The notes under the pieces were generated by a model that saw only the letters and a list, made by a program, of their open reading frames with translations, did not search any database and was not told the origin of the DNA. 64,000 bases of DNA. It comes from Octopus vulgaris (taxonomy: Eukaryota). Both the position numbers and the translations under genes were made by a program. The DNA lies in assembly GCA_951406725.2 (NCBI GenBank), contig OX597822.1:95108001-95172000 (forward strand), written 5' to 3'. Shown here one piece after another: positions 39,171 to 53,904 of this stretch (its first letter is position 1; every line of letters starts with the position of its first letter).

Positions 39171-39236
39171 AAAAAAGCAAGTCAGAAACATCTAGACAAC
39201 ATCCCAGAAGCACCATATCTCGAATAAATTTAGATT

Positions 39237-39350
39237 ATTGTATTGACAACTGCTCAGACCCTTAGAAAAACCCTATCAATGTTAATATTTGAGTTGTATA
39301 ATATGAATGTATTTCTGTACCACCCTTTCTGTACCACACACAGCCACACC

Positions 39351-39394
<44 letters not shown>

Positions 39395-39430
39395 CTTGGG
39401 AATGGATTTGGAAGAAAGAACATGAAAGCT

Positions 39431-39461
<31 letters not shown>

Positions 39462-39646
39462 GGGAGAATTTACGAAAATAACAACAAAAGACGAAGACAG
39501 GTGGTGTACAAAACAAACAGATGTATTAGTATAACGCTCAGGAATAGAAAAAGTCTTAAATGATTGTATTGAAAACTGCTCAGACCCTTAGAAAAACCCT
39601 ATCAATGTTAATATTTGAGTTGTATAATATGAATGTATTTCTGTAC
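39237..39646 (+). repeat. 84-bp direct repeats (39237-39320, 39563-39646) enclosing a copy of 41840-42023
   Basis: Direct comparison of the sequences. Confidence 0.88.
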
Positions 39647-40299
39647 TACTCTTCCTCAAGCTTTCAGCTATAGTTCAACATCTCTTAACCTTTACTTGCC
39701 CTAGGGTGCTGGGTGTGTTCCGGCAAGTGATTGCATCAAACACGCAAATTAAAAAATATAATGGTTTCAAATTTTGGTACAAGGCCTTCAAGTTTTATTA
39801 ATAATAATATTTCTTTTATTAGCCGTAAAAGACTCGAAGAAATGCAATTAAATATAAACGAATGTTTGATCAGGGGACTTACAAATACATGTGGGTGGAA
39901 CAAACAAGGTTTATAAAGACAAGCGGAGGAATGAAAAAAAGTTATACAATTGAAGTGAGGACATGTAATTACACAGAAATGAATATAAAAGGATAAAACA
40001 ATTAAAACAAGAAAATGCATAAAAAATATTTATGCCTCTCGCCGACACATGGGTGAGAAACCATTGACTTGGTCGTGTTAGAGCAGCCTACAACCTTACT
40101 AGATGTCCGTTGACTTTTCTTGAAGAGTAAGGCGTTGATTATAGCCTATGTCTTCAGGCGATACCCATTCAGGTTCACTGTAATATTTTTCTTTTTTTTT
40201 TTAACATTCTATCCTTCGAGGGTCTTCTATATTCTTACCTCAGCCGCGTTTCTGTAATTAATTCATCCATGATATTATCCCTTGCGGCACAGGTATATT

Positions 40300-41300
40300 A
40301 TTGTGTTTATCTTGAGCTGATCTTCTAATGAGAAAGAATTCCCATTTAACCCCCTGCTCGTCATTGACTCCTTTATTGTTCCAAGGAGGATCATCACTGT
40401 TGTTTCGAGGAGGTTGTTCTTCCTTACCGGTTTCAGTTGTTTTTCGTGGCTGTTCACTCTTTTATTCACACTTTATTCCCTGTGGTTCGTTTTCTTTCTT
40501 TCCCTGTGGTTTGAAAAACTACCCTCAGCCACCATCATTTCTCCTTTGTCACAAGAGTGGTGCTGCTGGTTGCTGTAGTCATGCAACGAATGGAAGGGAT
40601 TGCTTTATTATTTCCAGGACAGGGCATGAGATAACAACCTATGTAATTTCCGAAGATGTAACTGATAGGGAATCTGGAGACCCATTAATGTTGTTGCTGT
40701 GTCAGCCATCCACCGCTTTCTTCTTTCCTACGTTTTCCCAGCTTTCCTAGTTTTTCAGGGCAAAAGGCTTCTACGTGAGTTTGTTACAACTAAACCTTTT
40801 GCACTGCACCATCAGTCTGATGTTTTTGTCTCTACGCCGTCAACAAGATACAGATCCAATATAGATTCGTAGCTTTTGAAAGTCATTAAGGCCGACAGGT
40901 TCATCGTAGCTCTTTCTATTCACTTGTTACCTCTTGTAACCACTGTGCTGACGGTCTGCTCATACTGATATACAAAGGTAGTAATCAGCCAGGTGTGAAC
41001 ATCGTTAACACTATGCTGGACGTCACCTTTCTATTTCTCTGCCCCGAATACATATGTATATGGGTGGGACATGTCTGACTATTTCAGCTTGTGTTTTGGA
41101 TGAGTACCTGGTCTTAAAAATATAGCAGATGGTCTCATAAACCTCACTCTCCTCAATCAAAAGAATTTCATCTGATATTTCGTGGAGTCCTTCTTCCAGT
41201 TGCTATTTGGCGGAAAGGTAGAAATCTTCACCATCCTTCCGTAAAATATAGTTACCATGGTTTCATATTTGCCTTTGTTTGGATTAGACCTTAGGTAAGG
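40300..41300 (-). mobile_element. Possible decayed LINE ORF1 (zinc knuckle)
   Basis: Frameshifted CKRFSCNKL-HVEAFCPE near 40755-40810; otherwise unrecognised. Confidence 0.3.
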
Positions 41301-41576
41301 GAGATACTCTGGTTTTAAACACTACTCTCAATCAGTTATGTAGTCTTTCTGGAAATTTTATCAAGTCTAAAACCTAAAAATGTAACAGAAGAGACAAAAT
41401 TGGCTCCTTTAACGCCGCCGCTATATTTAAGTTATTTTCCAAAAATATTTTTCTGTCAGCAGCTGTTATTTTTATCGCTGTCCTTTGAAGTATTAGCTAA
41501 ACTGTCCGAAATAGTTTCTGTTTCTGTTTAGTGTTCATTCACGTAATCATTATTTTTTTCTTTTGGTTTAAGTGTA

Positions 41577-41775
41577 GGCGTAGTTGTGTGGTAACAAGTT
41601 TGCTTCCCAACCACATGGTCCCCAACCACATGGTCCCCAACCACATGGTTCCCAACCACATGGTTCAGTCCCACTGCGTAGCCTCTTGGCCAAGTGTTTT
41701 CTACTATAGTCCCAGACCGACCATCGTCTTGTGAATGGATTTAGAAGGAACATGAAAGAAGATCATCATATGTAT

Positions 41776-41817
<42 letters not shown>

Positions 41818-41876
41818 ACGCACACACACGCACACATATACTTGTGAATGGATTTGGAAGAAAGAACATGAAAGCT

Positions 41877-41929
<53 letters not shown>

Positions 41930-42141
41930 GAATTTATGAAAAAAAAACAACAAAAGTCGAAGACAGGTGGTGTACAAAACAAACAGATGTATTAGTATAA
42001 CGCTCAGGAATAGAAAAAGTCTTTTACGTTTCGAGCCTACGCTCTTCTACAGAAAGGGACACAGAAAAAAGGAGAGAAACAAGGAGAGAGAAAAAAAGGA
42101 GAGAAAAAAGGGTGTAGTGGCTAACGATCTATCATGGCGTC

Positions 42142-42209
<68 letters not shown>

Positions 42210-42460
42210 CATACACACACAGACACACACAGACACACATATATGTATGTGTGTGAATGTTTGTCTCTCACCACCACTGAATAACCGGTTTTGGTTTGCT
42301 TACGTTTCCATAACTCGGCGGTTCGGCAAAAAGGAGCTGATTGAATAAGCGCTAGACTTCAAAAAAAATTAAGTACTAGGGTCCATCTGTTCGACTAAAA
42401 CCGTTCAAAGTAGTGCACCAGCATGGTCGCAGTCTCATGACTTAAACAAGTAAAAGAAAA
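41577..42460 (+). mobile_element. Old SINE A split by insertions into its internal microsatellite; 15-bp unit CCCAACCACATGGT(C/T) x4 in the head
   Basis: Head at 41577-41770 and tail at 42250-42460. Confidence 0.75.
41923..42145 (-). mobile_element. TA-embedded element with minimal hammerhead-like motif at 42021-42056
   Basis: Minus strand CTTT-CTGTAGA-A-GAGC-gtag-GCTC-GAAAC-GTA-AAAG. Confidence 0.65.
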
Positions 42461-42877
42461 ATGTGCATTTGTGGTGTATACATTTTTGCACCTTCGCTTT
42501 CTTCGTTTTCTATTTGCGAAATTCGTTTTTTCCTCATTTTCAGTTTTTCGTTCTTGTGGAACATGACTTGGAATATTCGTAGACATTTTCCTAACACTGT
42601 CCAAAAAAAAAAAAAAAAGAATGAAAACAAAAGTAAAAAAAGAAAACAAACAAAACACACAAACAAACAACTCTTCCCCGCAAAAGAACACTACATTTTT
42701 TGTGCACTGTATGGATAGATTACAAGCTCACAGAATACATCTGTGCGTCAATTGTTTTAGTGAATACTCTATATCATCTATCAAAAGAATTTGCTTCAAA
42801 GAATGATTTAAAATAACACTGGGGTTGTTGAGAGGCGAATGATAACAACAACAACAACAACAACAATAATAATAATG

Positions 42878-42953
<76 letters not shown>

Positions 42954-42957
42954 TAAT

Positions 42958-43318
42958 AAATGCCCTGATGCAGTACCAGACAGTGGCTCTCGAGGCTTCT
43001 GATCATAACTGATTGGAAGTGTTATCATGTACATTGTTTTGTCTTGGTATAAAAGATGAGCTACAGCAAATATTCTGCTCAATACCTATTTCTTTACTAC
43101 CCACAAGGGGCTAAATACAGAGAGGACAAACAAAGACAGACGCATGGATTAAGTCGATTATATCGACCCCAGCGCGTAACTGGTACTTATTTAATCGACC
43201 CCGAAAGGATGAAAGACAAAGTCAACCTCGGCGGAATTTGAACTCAGAACGTAACGGCAGACGATGGGTATAGTTTACCCTAGTGTCACTTTGATGGCAT
43301 GCACTGCTCTCTCACTCA
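42958..43318 (+). mobile_element. Short (AAT)n-flanked element with a SINE C inserted (43088-43263, minus)
   Basis: Non-repetitive body bounded by (AAT)n on both sides; SINE C matches its family. Confidence 0.65.
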
Positions 43319-43329
43319 ATAATAATAAC

Positions 43330-43391
<62 letters not shown>

Positions 43392-43424
43392 CAACAACAA
43401 CAACAACAACAACAATAATAATAA

Positions 43425-44313
<889 letters not shown>

Positions 44314-44346
44314 TATATATATATGTATATATATATATATATATAT

Positions 44347-44537
44347 ACGATTCTGCCAGTTCGCCACACTTAACAACAACAACAGTCTGTTTATGTTTTC
44401 TTATTCCTTTCTGTTGAAAAGCGTAGGCTCGAAACGTAAAAGATTCTTTCATTTTTCCCGAGAGTCAAACTAATACACTTGCTTGTTGTTCATATACCTG
44501 TCTTCTTCCTTTGGTTTTCTATAAATTTCAACTATAC
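44347..44537 (+). mobile_element. TA-adjacent element with minimal hammerhead-like motif at 44407-44442
   Basis: CTTT-CTGTTGA-A-AAGC-gtag-GCTC-GAAAC-GTA-AAAG; relative of 42021-42056. Confidence 0.6.
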
Positions 44538-44638
44538 CTACCTACCTACCTACCTACCTACCTACCTACCTACCTACCTACCTACCTACCTACCTACCTA
44601 CCTACCTACCTACCTACCTACCTACCTACATACATACA

Positions 44639-44673
<35 letters not shown>

Positions 44674-44705
44674 GTATATAATATATATATATTTTAAAAT
44701 TATAA

Positions 44706-44752
<47 letters not shown>

Positions 44753-44951
44753 TTATAAGTATATATATATATATATTTTAAAATTATAAGTATACGAAGA
44801 CACGTAGTCTATGCCCTATGGACGTAACTTCAACCGTGTTCTTTCTGATGTGAATTTGCTACCCAGGTATCGGTTATCTTTCGAATTATCCTTAATACGA
44901 TAATTCATTCAATTACTCAAATATATATATATATTTAAATTTTTCATATTT

Positions 44952-45007
<56 letters not shown>

Positions 45008-45227
45008 GGGGTAAAATATGAAAAATCAACGAAAATGCATATTGCAAATAGAAAAAGGCTATTTATGACAGGTAGCGACAAATATATACATTTAGATTGA
45101 CTGAGGTAGTAATACGAGTCATAAAAGTCATTATTATGAGATGATTGATTATAAGATTATAATAATGTTAGAGAACAAAACGAACCAATGATTTACGCAA
45201 AGCTATTCATCGTTTGAACAACACCGG

Positions 45228-45291
<64 letters not shown>

Positions 45292-45335
45292 AGATTTTAT
45301 AGTTTGCTTGAAACATTGTATATGGAATATAACGC

Positions 45336-45775
45336 TGAAAGATTTAAAAGGCCAAACAATGCAAATAGACTTTAAGATGATGTAACGTAAACTAAAAGTA
45401 AGTTACCTGGTAATCTTTGGTCGTATATGTATCCAATATTTGGGGACATACAAGTCCCTTCTTCAGGGTTAAAAAGGAACTGCCCTTGGAAAGATGTTTT
45501 TTTTGTCGGAGATAAAATAATTCTATGATTATATTTGAATGTTCAAATATAATTATAAGAGATACGCTTGAAAATTCAAATATAATCATAGAATTATTTT
45601 ATCTCCGACAGAAATCATCTTTCCAAGGACAGTTCCTTTTTAACCCCGAAGAAGGGACTTGAATGTCCCGAAATATTGGAGACATATACGACCAAAGATT
45701 ACCAGGTAACTTACTTTTAGTTTACGATACCTCATCTTAAAATCTATTCGCATTGTTTGGCCTTTAAATCTTTCA
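45336..45775. mobile_element. Fold-back with ~205-bp arms (45336-45540 / 45574-45775), each carrying a hammerhead-like core
   Basis: Arms are reverse complements; C(T/C)GAAGA-A-GGGAC-ttg.at-GTCCC-(G)AAATATT at 45642-45680 (+) and 45432-45472 (-); (TA)n tracts on both sides. Confidence 0.8.
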
Positions 45776-45779
45776 ACAT

Positions 45780-45849
<70 letters not shown>

Positions 45850-46539
45850 GAGTGTGTGTGATTTTTCTTTACGTCAACGTAAAAAAGAAGGAAACTGAAA
45901 AGTAAATAAATAAATGAATAAATGAATAAACTACAACTTTAAATCAAAAGCGCAGGTGGAATTTTGCTTTTAGCAGCGAAAACTTATTATATTAAGAATA
46001 AAAATAATGGTTTTACTGTTTAGAATGATACTGGTTGGAAACTATAGACTATAATATATAAGTTGATGGCAATTTATATGGAGTATTTCAAACTGCTAGC
46101 ATCATGCAAGCCTATTCCGAGTTAGGGTTCATCATGCTTGGGTGAGTATTCAACCGTTTATCTAGATGTAAAAAATGGCGAATGTGTGATATGCTTATTT
46201 TTCTTACGTTTACGTTTTCCCTAAAACGTCCGGTTTGTATGTGTGTGTGTGTGTGTGTGTGTTTGTGTCTTCTTGTGTATATGACATTATTTTTATCCCA
46301 CCATTATGCTATGTGAGCGTAACTATTACCGTGTGATATAAACGTGCTCACTCATTTGCAAATCCCATTTTCTAATCGAAGAAAAATTTTACAGTTATGT
46401 TGATTGATTTTATAAACCAAAGATTTCGCCAGGTTTATCGAAAGATACTCTCATTTTTTCTTCTATGTATTTTGTATTTGTTTTCTGTTCTTTTTACTTT
46501 TCATAGGTGGATGTGTTGTTAGAAAATAATATCTGCATA

Positions 46540-48480
46540 ACTCAAAATGAACATTGCTGCAATTTCTTAGATTCAACGTATTTGCTTGAATGACAAGAAA
46601 TTATCATTTCGTTTATTTGTTTAAGGGACATTTTCTTTCTGTCATCTGCGATTGACAAAATGTCTCAAAGTTAATAGTTCTTGTGATCTCTGACCCTGAT
46701 AAGAATACCGTGGTCGTTGGAGGTTGTAACACCTATTCTTCCTTAATGATGCGCGATTCTCAATCACAGTATTTTGCCTGAAGAAACTTCAGAGATGCAT
46801 TAATCTCCAAGACATCTTCAAACTGACTCTTGAATTTTCCAGATTGCTTCTTGATTAAACTGATTTCTAGATTTTTCAGATTGTCACTTAAACATTTTCT
46901 AACATCACTATACATACTTAAGGCTCCATCAGGTTTAAACAAAGATCGTATGGGATTGTCATACACAGTCTCTTGTTTGAAAACGCCCAAGAGACACCAA
47001 TAGTCGTCGATCAAATTAACCCCAAACTTTTCCAGATTGTTACTGAGAAATTTACTAACTTAATCAAGTTTACCAATAATTATTAGGACAAATAAAGCGA
47101 CGAGTTGGCTGGATCGCTAGCGTGACAAAGTTCTTAGCAGGGTTAGGTCCGTCTTTATGTTCTGAGTTCCTATTGCGCCGAGGTTGACTTACCTTTCATA
47201 TTTTCGGAGTTGATAAAATAAGCGCCTTGGGCCAAAATTTGAACCTAATTATTAGGATAAATGTGAATTTGTAGTCAAGGTAATGGGAGATAATACCTCA
47301 ATAAGCTTCCGAGCGGGTGTTGATTACATACGTTACATTCCCTACGGAAGAGTGTTATAATTATCTTCTACGGTCGCAACTTGTGAGTTTATGAACGTCA
47401 TTGTGTTATTAGTTCATTAGGTATTTCGTAGGTATCTCCTGTTTTTGACATGCAAACGCTTAACGATCGAAATCTGCCGTGATATAATGCCGTGACGTAA
47501 TGCACCGGTGTAATGCCGTGACGTAATGCATCGATGTAATGCCGTGACGTAATGCATCGATGTAATGCCGTGACGTAATGCATCGTTGTAATGCCGTGAC
47601 GTAAGGCATCGATGTAATGCCGTGACGTAATGCACCGATGTAATGCCGTGACGCAATGCATCGATGTAATGCCGTGACGTAAGGCATCGATGTAATGCCG
47701 TGACGTAATGCATCGTTGTAATGCCGTGACGTAACGCATCGATGTAATGCCGTGACGCAATGCATCGATGTAATGCCGTGACGTAATACATCGATGCAAT
47801 GCCGTGGCGTAATGCATCGATGTAATGCCGTGACGTAATTGTCAGAAGTTTAAGGAAGGCTATACGTCCCGTAAAAATTAACCTCTCCTTCTCAAGTTTA
47901 TGGGAAACACACACGCATCACTATTTAGTAGTACGCAGTGTTTCTTTTCCAAATCTGTTCTGAGGTATACCAGTTTTGCTCTCCTGGGTTGACATGGGAA
48001 GTCATCAGGGTGTGAAAGCTTCTTGAAGAATTCACTGCCAACTCGCAGAATGCTATTCGCTTCATTTTTGATCAGTCGACTGATTTATTTCTTTATTTCT
48101 GCTGCTATTTTTTTAGCAGTTACTGTCTGAGCGATGTCGTACGGCAGATAAAGATTATCTGCACTGATTTAAAATCTCTTCTTCTTTCTACTGAGATAGC
48201 CACTCGTTATCACTGTTTCGGTGAAAGTGTGCAGTCGATATAGAAATCTTGCTGGTTTTAATGTCTATGGAGCGGTTTTCTCTTCAGGACCACACGAGTA
48301 TCTCAAATCTTGGTATCATTACAAGTGCTACAAATTCAGTGTTGATATTCTCTATTTGTAAGAGGAAAATTCCGATTGCCATATCTTTTTCAGACTGGTA
48401 CAATATTCTTCGGTTATTCTGTCTTCATTTGCAGCACATATGTATATCTTCAGCAACACCTAGGTATTTGTAAAATTCAT
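46540..48480 (-). mobile_element. Possible very decayed hAT-like (CGGBP1-related) transposase hosting a SINE C remnant (47095-47250) and a minisatellite
   Basis: GKFKSQFEDVLEINASLKFL resembles K..KF..VL.KN.G; P.TT followed by VIQAN resembles the C-terminal dimerisation region; weak. Confidence 0.35.
47484..47838. repeat. 26-bp minisatellite GTAATGCCGTGACGTAATGCATCGAT, ~13.5 copies
   Basis: Head-to-tail units made of two related 13-mers with point variants. Confidence 0.97.
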
Positions 48481-48647
48481 TATATGGAAGAGACAAGGTA
48501 GAAAAGACATTGATAGAAAGGTTTCGGGTTTGAATAATAGATGTCCATGTTTAGTTGTTAAATATTAAATACGAACATTTCTTTTGACGAAGTTACATCC
48601 CTATATCAGCTGGAAAGGTTGGGATTTAATTCCTGTTTCTTAGCAAT

Positions 48648-48947
48648 AATGTATGTATGTATGTATGTATGTATGTATGTATGTATGTATGTATGTATGT
48701 ATGTATGTATGTATGTATGTATGTATGGTATGTATGTATGTATCTATGTATGTATGTATGTATGTATGTATGTATGTATGTATGTATGTATGTATGTATG
48801 TATGTATGTATGTATGGTATGTATGTATGTATCTATGTATGCATGCATGTATGTATGTATGTATGTATGTATGTATGTATTTATGTATGTATGTATGTAT
48901 GTATGTTTGTCTATGTATGTATGTATGAGTGTGCGTGTGTATGTATG

Positions 48948-48981
<34 letters not shown>

Positions 48982-49060
48982 TGTATGTATGTATGTGTGT
49001 GTGTTTGTATGTATGTGTGTATATATGTAGGTATATTTGTATGTATGTGCTCACGTATGT
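48648..49060. repeat. (TATG)n microsatellite
   Basis: Direct inspection. Confidence 0.95.
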
Positions 49061-49194
49061 ATACATTTGTTCTCGGTTAATTTTTTTAGAAATTCTCACC
49101 AATAGAAAAAGAGCCGGTTCCTAGCAATTCAGATGACAACAGAGTAATCTTGTATGTATATATACATACATACATACATACATACATACATACA

Positions 49195-49269
<75 letters not shown>

Positions 49270-49270
49270 G

Positions 49271-49305
<35 letters not shown>

Positions 49306-50082
49306 GTTTGCGTGTGCGTGTATGCACATATATGTATTGATGTACACACATATACCTATATATCCGTATGTGCATATGTATACATGAAAGGAGGAACGAA
49401 TAGCATCGCATGCTGAATTCCATAAATATCTGACATATCTTGACAGTACCTTAGACAGCTTATAGCTGTAATCTCCTGGCTTATAGCTGTAATTTCTTTC
49501 TGGCTATGTGAATCCCGGGTTCTCAAGATTGATATTAAGGCAGTTAGTCACGTAACCAAGTGCTCCAATAACCATTGGCAGAAATCTAAATTTATAGTAG
49601 GTATACATACCTGCATGTATGCACGTAAAGTATGTGCGTTTGTATATGTTTGTATGCTTATATATGTGTATGAATGTATGCATGTCTACATACACACACG
49701 CACGCATGCACGCACACATGCAAGTACACACACACACACACACACAAACTTACACACATTTTTAACTTCAAAAGAATTTAGAAACTTGGAAAACGTGAAA
49801 TTATTCTTGTTAGGAACAATGAATCTAGAAGCAAATAAAGCTATGAATAATAGTATGCAAATGAAGATATTGGTGACTATTGCTAAGACAAGGTTCATTT
49901 GTATTCAAATCATTCGCATGTATAACAGGAATGTCTTAATTACAACTAATTAATTTCAATTTCATTAACTCTTTCAAAATGCAAGGATGTTATGAATTCT
50001 GTAATGAAGTTGTAGTCTTTTTGCTTTGTTTTTATTTATTTTGCCATCTTAGAACATTGAGATTTGAACGATAAATTTAATG

Positions 50083-50142
50083 TACAAGGGGTGCTGAAAA
50101 GTTCCTGGTTTTAAAGGGGTCGCAAAAGGCCTGGCTAGAGGC
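50083..50142 (+). mobile_element. Solo mariner-like terminal inverted repeat
   Basis: TACAAGGGGTGCTGAAAAGTTCCTGG resembles the end at 13574 and typical mariner TIRs. Confidence 0.5.
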
Positions 50143-50249
50143 TGCCAGCGGCTTCTTCCAACAAATAAAATACATCTCTAATACTAGGCTCAAGCAACAT
50201 ATATCTCAAATCATATCACAACGGCATGCCAACCATCAGAATCACAACA

Positions 50250-51010
50250 GACAACATATACACTATACTAGAACCCCGGGAGAACCTAGGTTAAGGCAAC
50301 TTAGACCCCACACGCACACATATAACACTAGATCAAAAGCTAAAACAGCTAACAATAACGGGCCGTATCACCCAGCTTTAATTTCTAAATATATAGATAA
50401 CACTACCCTCAAGCAGCAAAAAAAAAAAAAAAAAGCGGTGGACGCTCTATTCTATGGTATACACCCCACCATAAGGCGAAATGCTTTGCGGTATTTCGTC
50501 TGCCGTTACGTTGTGAGTTCAAATTCCGCCGAGGTCAACTTTGCCTTTCATCCTTTCGGGGTCGATAAATTAAGTACCAGATACGCACTGGGGTCGATGT
50601 AATCGACTTAATACCTATGTCTGTTCTTGTTTGTCCCCTCTGTGTTTAGCCCCTTGTGGGTAATAAAGAAATAGGTGTACATCCCACTTCCCACTAAAGG
50701 TTAAGAACTTAGCTAAATCCTTTTTTAACATACTGGACTTCAACTTCGCACGTCAACATAATTATTACTAGATCTACCTTAAGGCTATCCTACTCCACCC
50801 CGTCCAACTTTGAGTCTATCATAACAGCCTCTAATAAACGAAAACGTTCTCTCTATTATCAAAACTTACATTGTAACAACTCAGAATACACGAGTGCCCA
50901 ACATATATATATATATAGCTCTGATATCGAACCCTATACTTTAGACCACAACGGAAACCCTATCAATCCCATTAACATTAACCAGAATACTACTACCGCA
51001 ACTTCCTTAT
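50250..51010 (+). mobile_element. Decayed Penelope-like ORF fragment with a SINE C inserted (50474-50672)
   Basis: RSILWYTP..KVKNLAKSFFNIL..LRLSYST (RT-to-GIY-YIG linker pattern). Confidence 0.55.
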
Positions 51011-51013
51011 TTC

Positions 51014-51218
51014 TTATTTCTTTACTACCCACAAGGGGCTAAACACAGAGGGGACAAACAAGGACAGACAAACGGATTAAGTCGATTACATCGACCCCCA
51101 GTGCGTAACTGGTACTTAATTTATCGACCCCGAAAGGATGAAAGGCAAAGTCAACCTCGGCGGAATTTGAACTCAGAATGTAACGGCAGACGAAATACGG
51201 CTACGCATTTCGCCCGGC
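51014..51218 (-). mobile_element. SINE family C
   Basis: Matches the family. Confidence 0.92.
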
Positions 51219-51496
51219 AACTTCCGCCACTATTACAGATAGGATGAATAACAACAACGATAGAAATAGAAATGATAATAGTAATAATAATGTTAACAAC
51301 ATAGACCAATCTACTCCATCTCTAACCTCTCTTCTGACAGCATTACTTTCTCCATTCCTGAGAATAATCCCCACAATGCACTCCCATGTAACTGCCCTCC
51401 GAAATCATCTGCCATCTTCAAACCCATTGGAGAAGGTCTAATGTAATTTTTAAATGCACCGTCCTCAACACGTTACACAATTCTACAAAGAGAGAA

Positions 51497-51555
<59 letters not shown>

Positions 51556-52149
51556 GGAAGGAAGAAAAGGGAGGAGGTATAAAAGGAAAAAAGAGTTATG
51601 GAATACTCTGATACCTCTTCGAAGATTTATGAACATGTTCAACTTGAGTCATCGTTTCATTCCTAATTGTAACAAATAAATTTAAGGAGAATTGCTACAA
51701 AAAAAAAAATCAACGAAATTAATCTTGGATTTAGCATCTTCAGCTACAAAAATATTTAACCAGCAGAGGTCACAGCTCGATCTTATTAATTCCACCAATT
51801 AGCTTCTCTAAATTCATCAATGGAGATGTTGGTACCCCGATTCATTAAAAAATTCAATAGTAAATTTATAATGAGACAGGAGCAGGGATACTGATGTGTT
51901 TAAGAATTTAGATTTACAACAGTTTGTATCCGACCGCGAAACATCTTATACAGCTACGTTGTCTCGTGCACAATTTGGTAGACGTAAACTATGCAGAGGC
52001 TTTCCTCATATATACTCATACACGTAAATACGTAGGACATATACATGCATGCATACATACATAAATACATACATACATACATACGTTGATATATACATAT
52101 AAATATACATATATATATGTTTGTATATGTATATGTACTGCGTGTATAT

Positions 52150-52286
<137 letters not shown>

Positions 52287-52415
52287 TATATAATATATAT
52301 ATACACATATTTATATAAAGTAATTAAGATTCAGTTGAATTAGGTAATTAAGTTGAGGCACGAAGTCAGTCCGGTATTATCCGCACAGTTCGCTGAATAA
52401 AAATCGAATAAGTAA

Positions 52416-52927
52416 CAAGGATGCCAATGTATTAATGCAATACGGTCGTTTCAGGCGGCTCCAATTAATCGAACAATGCAAGCATTACATCAAATTGAAA
52501 TACAGCGCCATCTTCAGTTACAAAAATACAGACTTTCAACAGACAAGATATTCTATTGTAATTTTTGGCAAATATTCCATCAGAGTTAGAGAACGAAAGA
52601 ATTCCATGCTGTCGCTATTGTAGTAGAAATAAACAACTACAAGTTTGGAGTGGCAGAAGTGGAAGTCATGGAATTATAATTCAATTCCAATTTTTATCTA
52701 TCTTCTTATCATCATCATAAGATCTAATGCAGCTAGTATGCTGCGTTTATTCTCTTGCTCTGATGAAATATTTGCTACAAATTATAATAGAATATCTTGT
52801 CTGTTGAAAATCTACGTTTTTGCAACTGAAGATGGTGGTGTATTTCAAATTGATGTAATACTTGCATTGTTCGATTAAATAGAGCCGCCTGAAACGGTTG
52901 TATTGCATTAATACCTTGACATCCTTG
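52416..52927. mobile_element. Fold-back with ~178-bp arms (52416-52593 / 52750-52927) carrying a hammerhead-like motif with a long stem II
   Basis: TGCAA-CTGAAGA-TGGTGG...(~50 nt)...CCGCCT-GAAAC-GGTT-GTA-TTGCA at 52821-52907. Confidence 0.7.
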
Positions 52928-52947
52928 ATATATATATATATACAGAT

Positions 52948-53106
52948 AAAGGGTGAAATATAATTAATTTAATAAAATCAACAAATTTCACCAAGTAGTG
53001 TTTCGGTATGGAGAAGGACCATAATCGGTAAAAGTTTATATAATTATAACAAAGAGGGTCTTTGCAACAAGTTGCTAGCAACTTGTCGCAAAGACCCTCT
53101 CTTTTG

Positions 53107-53111
<5 letters not shown>
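52948..53111 (-). mobile_element. TA-embedded element with a degenerate hammerhead (52993-53032) and a terminal hairpin (53046-53111); related fragment at 13512-13559
   Basis: Minus strand CCGATTA-T-GGT...ACC-GAAAC; hairpin GAGGGTCTTTGC.ACAAGTTGC-TA-GCAACTTGT.GCAAAGACCCTC. Confidence 0.5.
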
Positions 53112-53166
<55 letters not shown>

Positions 53167-53167
53167 T

Positions 53168-53232
<65 letters not shown>

Positions 53233-53293
53233 TATATATAACATATATAATATATAATATATATGATATATATATATATATATATATATTTGT

Positions 53294-53328
<35 letters not shown>

Positions 53329-53562
53329 TGAGAGAGAGAAAATCTATTTTGCATTGCCATTAGTATAAAAGCTGAAAGGGTTTTTCCCTTGAGCTATCTT
53401 ATGCCTAGAGGAATTTTTCCCGCCTACTGGCGGTGCCTGTGATTTTGTAATCGGTAGTGCCACGTGCTTGCAACGACTGAAGACGTGCAACGATCATCGA
53501 ATTGTTGACTCAGAAACTAAACGTTCTGAATATAAATCTCCTTTCTCATGTGATTTAGTTTT

Positions 53563-53872
53563 CACACACACACACACACATCCATCCATCCATCCATCCA
53601 TCCATCCATCCATCCATCCATCCATCCATCCATCCATCCATACATACATACATACATACATACATACATACATACATACATACATACATACATACATACA
53701 TACGTACATACATACATACATACATACATAAATACATGCATACATACACACATGCATACATACATAAATACATGCATACATATATACATACATACATAAA
53801 TACATACATACACACATACATACATACATACATACATGCATACATACATACATAAATATATGCATACATATA

Positions 53873-53904
<32 letters not shown>

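Noticed and set aside
47484-47838. CRISPR-like appearance of the regular repeat, and the ORFs across it
   Set aside because: Units are head-to-tail with no unique spacers, there are no cas genes and the context is eukaryotic; the ORFs arise from the 26-bp periodicity.
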